From Promethearchaeota archaeon (GTDB taxonomy: Archaea; Asgardarchaeota; Lokiarchaeia; Sigyniarchaeales; SOKP01), in NCBI GenBank assembly GCA_048937405.1, contig JBHLNF010000009.1, positions 96,001 through 160,000 of the forward strand: a stretch of 64,000 nucleotides of DNA, read 5' to 3'. The translations under genes were made by a program, and so were the position numbers. A model generated the notes under the pieces. The model was not told the origin of the DNA, did not search any database, and worked only from the letters and a program-made list of their open reading frames with translations. Shown here in pieces: positions 61,301 through 64,000 of the stretch. Within the stretch, counting starts at the first letter, position 1. Each line of letters opens with the position of its first letter.

Positions 61301-62366
61301 CGATAGTTGAATTAAAAGTTTTAACAGCCACCGAGCTAATTGTTATATTATAAATTTTCAATTCTTCGGTGATTGTGTCATTTTTCGAGATTGTGAATAT
61401 AACATCACTAGTTTGAGTTCGACTTCTTTCAACATCAATAAAGGCTACACCCTTACCAGAAGTAATATTTTGATAGGAATAATTCATATTAAATTCAACA
61501 TCTTTAGCTATGATTAAGTTCGGTATGTTAGATTCAGTCCATACATTAAATTCGATATCATCAAAATATATTTTTTGATCTTTACTTGGCGGAGTAGCAC
61601 CAATATCACTTTCTACATTAAGACCTACCCTTATTGTCACATTTTCAGGCAATTGTTGATCATAATTAGAAAGATCATAAGTAACTTTCATTTCAGTCCA
61701 AAAACCTGGTGCTAAATTATATAGAATTTCAGATTTGTTTATCTCATTTTCTCCTATCATAATTGAAATAAACGTACTTATATCATCGGAAGGGTTGAAT
61801 AATTGGGATTCCATATAATAATACATGGAAAGACTTGCTAAGGTATTTGTGACAGAATTTTCTGAAATAGTTAAATTTTCTTCAAAATAACTAATATCTC
61901 CTTTAGAAAAACTTTGACCTTTTTTAATTGTGATTCCTACACATTGTTCCTCATCAATTGTTTGCCAAGGTTCTTCAACAAAATTAGAATTGTTTGTGTA
62001 ATATTCCCATGGGTTTTTACTTGAAGGGAAAGTACCATTGATGACCCTCTGCTTATAATGTGATACTCCATCATAATTTATTGTTACATTTTTAGAAATC
62101 CAGTCTTCCAATAAGGTGAAACTAATATTTTCTGGTAAAGACGTAGGGAAAATTGTATTAGAGATTGTGGCATGTTGAGAAATTAATAATGGTTTAGAAT
62201 TAGGTCCGTTTGAAGAGAGTTTGGGATTGTCAAAATCATTCAAATTGGTAAATAAATTTTCATTTGAATCTGGATTGAAATTAAAAATATAAATAAAAAT
62301 AGAAATACACAACAAACACGATAACACAATTCCAACTTTTCTTGCTTTTTTATAAATAATAATCAA
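58356..62366 (-). CDS. Large surface protein: N-terminal signal/TM, beta-rich ectodomain, TM, cytoplasmic longin-like and winged-helix-like tail
   Basis: Many NxS/T sequons; TM WILFAGIFVLVGILSIIGI; ILVAQRESGLYL...LLSGFIHAI. Confidence 0.85.
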   Translation of the reverse strand: MIIIYKKARKVGIVLSCLLCISIFIYIFNFNPDSNENLFTNLNDFDNPKLSSNGPNSKPLLISQHATISNTIFPTSLPENISFTLLEDWISKNVTINYDGVSHYKQRVINGTFPSSKNPWEYYTNNSNFVEEPWQTIDEEQCVGITIKKGQSFSKGDISYFEENLTISENSVTNTLASLSMYYYMESQLFNPSDDISTFISIMIGENEINKSEILYNLAPGFWTEMKVTYDLSNYDQQLPENVTIRVGLNVESDIGATPPSKDQKIYFDDIEFNVWTESNIPNLIIAKDVEFNMNYSYQNITSGKGVAFIDVERSRTQTSDVIFTISKNDTITEELKIYNITISSVAVKTFNSTIGGLDGSFYEIDNQINWKTDCSFSIPYGYLNNWVEIKKPSDWDITSILDGYDVEKNDSCIGIGIGSETLKIPVGVLASGLWEIRAVSRNYITQGGINVWNETHYIQQSNITLGDIFQINMTLNDTIPYENTYVNCTIKFPNGTIYWSTNKELTSYEVLFGDFTVGKNMTIGSYEVNLLWTNNQSYIDRDKVGYSNFNFIVWHHTNLVAVDSYIERISGDPLLIKVNFTDYDCNTYIDYATVTYNGTLHGGISGTMAYLGSGIYAAEVDTSSLAIGSYFFSFNASKIYFENQSVNNLIVLVIIEQPLALEVPSTVINANSNDYAICNVNVTGALTHTLIPGKTNISTDWHKPYEILNDTIEGTYILNFSTYDVPTQGTLETFTIQVFANKTNYGSTSAYISLTVHPIPTIVNVNKSFIDVHSTENFSLEVNYMVESSSEIITEAILNITWSSFYDVELTPSGFIVECSTEGLSLDVYTLLIQVDHPGYETAFKNVNVNILPKSTSLEIFLNQIEKTSDRSISIVWNESLNITVRYIDFMTKSYIDGATVLVNDSNTSESLYHNIPQYSRIFNPGELSIGIHHFIVTAEKENYFKFSSDVTITVQQIEINIKTISFNNSLEIFAGKSTDLIIKLTEYNTRNIIENANVSYYDLQYNLNEFQYTGNGTYEAKISIPENTKEGTYTLTLNIFIEGDIYKTTKTSFIIIVSKEPGPNYLTWILFAGIFVLVGILSIIGIRHYIILPKKREFQSKLLERTQKYKDLMNIEAILVAQRESGLYLYLKSYYALEKYRKELLSGFIHAITTISKEIVRKDVIIKEDTKLRTAKNIENLIELDFNQFQFLIGDYKELRAIFILKDKASERFVSQLENLLLATDLKFSEDLANWTGNIAKFEKIMPSIIEEYFDLPYKELYQLNSPQHIAKVKEEAELSKMQNRLLNVIYSISKGKQKFYLPDVVELVDEKNKDLVIDALESILEKKMIVPST

Positions 62367-62571
62367 CTCTTAAGCTTAATTCTTTAATAATCTTAACCTG
62401 CTTAATTTATTAACTTTAAATCAATTATACCTATACAAATAATTAAATTTTCAAATTATAAATTATATGTTTCTTTGATATCCTATTATTCTACTGAAAA
62501 AAATTACTTTTTTCTTTGTAACTAAAAACCCTAAAATACCTCAGATACTAACTATACAAATTAGTTAACAG

Positions 62572-63165
62572 TTAAAAATTTTTTGATATTAATTTTTGAC
62601 CTTCACTAAGAGCTTTTAGATTCAGTTCTAATCCTTTTCCTAAGAAATATTCCTTTAATGAATTTTCAACTATTTCTCTTTTTATTGGTAAGAATTTTAA
62701 AATATAACCCAAAATAACAATATTCATCGTTTGTAAGTTTCCAAGAGAGTCTACAGCAATTTCATGAGCAGGAATAAAATAAATATTATTTGAATTTTCA
62801 TACAAAGTATCTAATAAATACTCTAATGAGGGATAGTCTTTATCAACCTCATGCTTCTCATAAGTACAGATTATTAAATTAGTACTTTTATCTGTTTTAG
62901 CAAAATTCAAAACGTCCAATATAGTACATTCTTCTAAAGCTAATATCATATCTGCTGTTCCTATCATTGGTATTGGAGCAAGAAGTTTATTTCCAAAACT
63001 AAGAAAACAAGTTACTTTTCCCCCTCTCTGACTAAGACCATGAGTTTCAGACGTAATGACTTTATATCCCTCAATTCTTAAAGCATTCCCTAAAATTTGT
63101 AATAAACTGACTAATCCTTGACCCCCTAAACCAGTAAGCACTATCCTATAACTGTGAATCTTCAT
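62572..63165 (-). CDS. iorB: Indolepyruvate ferredoxin oxidoreductase beta subunit
   Basis: GLGGQG, SETHGLSQRGG, NIVILG. Confidence 0.9.
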   Translation of the reverse strand: MKIHSYRIVLTGLGGQGLVSLLQILGNALRIEGYKVITSETHGLSQRGGKVTCFLSFGNKLLAPIPMIGTADMILALEECTILDVLNFAKTDKSTNLIICTYEKHEVDKDYPSLEYLLDTLYENSNNIYFIPAHEIAVDSLGNLQTMNIVILGYILKFLPIKREIVENSLKEYFLGKGLELNLKALSEGQKLISKNF

Positions 63166-63167
63166 TT

Positions 63168-63998
63168 TTACTCCTCCTTCTCGATTGCTTTATTTGGGCA
63201 AATTTCTTCACATATCCCACATCCTAGACATAAATTTGGATCAATAAATGCAAATTCTTCTTTTGAATCAATGGCAGGACATATTAATTTATTATAACAT
63301 AGCCCACAATTATTACATAATTCAGGATTAACATATCTTATCGTTGGAGCCTCTCTTTTAATTGTTTTTTGTTTACACTCATCCCTAATAAGAATAACAT
63401 GCAATCTTTTATTTTCTATCACATCAACTCCTTTTTCATAAATAAGTTTTGTTAGATTTGATAAATATTTTTCATCAGCATTTTCATAATGATTAATTGT
63501 AGTAATACTCGCACCTGTACCATGTAAGAAATCTTCCAAATTTATTGCTTCTTTTGATGGTCCCTCCTTATAGTAACGGGTATCACTCCCTGGATTTGGT
63601 TGTTGTCCTGTCATTCCAATCCATCCATTATCTAGTATTAAAACTAAAATTGGAGTTTTATTATATATTCCATTTATTAGCGCAGGTATTCCAGAATGAA
63701 AAAAAGTTCCATCACCAATAATAGCTATATTAAGACTTTCGCTTGTTCGAGCAACTCCTTGAGCTAAGGCAATACTAGAACCCATACAATATTTAACATT
63801 AGCAAAAGAAAAAGGAGGTAAAGCTAAAAGTGTATAACATCCAATATCTTGATAAAAATAAATATCTTTTCCTTTTTTTAATTTGATTTTTTTAACAGCT
63901 TTTTGTAGAGCATATCCTGTTGTTCTGTGGGGGCATCCCGCACATAATACGGCTTGTCTTGCCATTAAATTATACTTTTTCTTATTAATTTGCCCTAA
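63168..63998 (-). CDS. iorA: Indolepyruvate ferredoxin oxidoreductase alpha subunit, C-terminal part (truncated by window end)
   Basis: LCAGCPHR, DIGCY, CMGSSI, GDGTFFHSG, MTGQQP, two ferredoxin motifs; frame open to the edge. Confidence 0.92.
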   Translation of the reverse strand, partial: LGQINKKKYNLMARQAVLCAGCPHRTTGYALQKAVKKIKLKKGKDIYFYQDIGCYTLLALPPFSFANVKYCMGSSIALAQGVARTSESLNIAIIGDGTFFHSGIPALINGIYNKTPILVLILDNGWIGMTGQQPNPGSDTRYYKEGPSKEAINLEDFLHGTGASITTINHYENADEKYLSNLTKLIYEKGVDVIENKRLHVILIRDECKQKTIKREAPTIRYVNPELCNNCGLCYNKLICPAIDSKEEFAFIDPNLCLGCGICEEICPNKAIEKEE

Positions 63999-64000
63999 AT

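Noticed and set aside
1-64000. tRNA, rRNA, CRISPR arrays, proviral genes
   Set aside because: No GC-rich structural RNA islands, repeat-spacer arrays, or integrase/capsid genes recognised

Overview
AT-rich archaeal chromosomal segment, almost certainly from an Asgard archaeon of the Lokiarchaeia. Support: three small GTPases (two fused to longin/roadblock-like domains), a gelsolin-domain protein, an arrestin-like protein, a VWA-double-RING protein, archaeal-type CdhA, an MtrH-like protein, IorA/B and a large surface protein with a cytoplasmic longin-like tail. About 50 CDS; no rRNA, tRNA or CRISPR seen. Most notable: (1) a Cys-rich MarR, a palindromic operator, an unannotated 27-aa CC/CC micropeptide, a SAM-methyltransferase fused to an HgcA-like corrinoid membrane protein (variant cap helix NVWCAARG) and an HgcB-like ferredoxin (31.5-34.4 kb); (2) a BpsA-SpeD fusion for branched polyamine synthesis; (3) a precisely delimitable tnpB-only IS200/IS605 element (TAM TTTAT, end TCAC) with a rearranged RuvC site, splitting a PEMT/ICMT-family gene; (4) a three-way-junction RNA candidate 5' of a B12-radical SAM gene; (5) several unannotated small ORFs and gene-end duplications or remnants. 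All family assignments come from motif recognition by eye; no searches were run.
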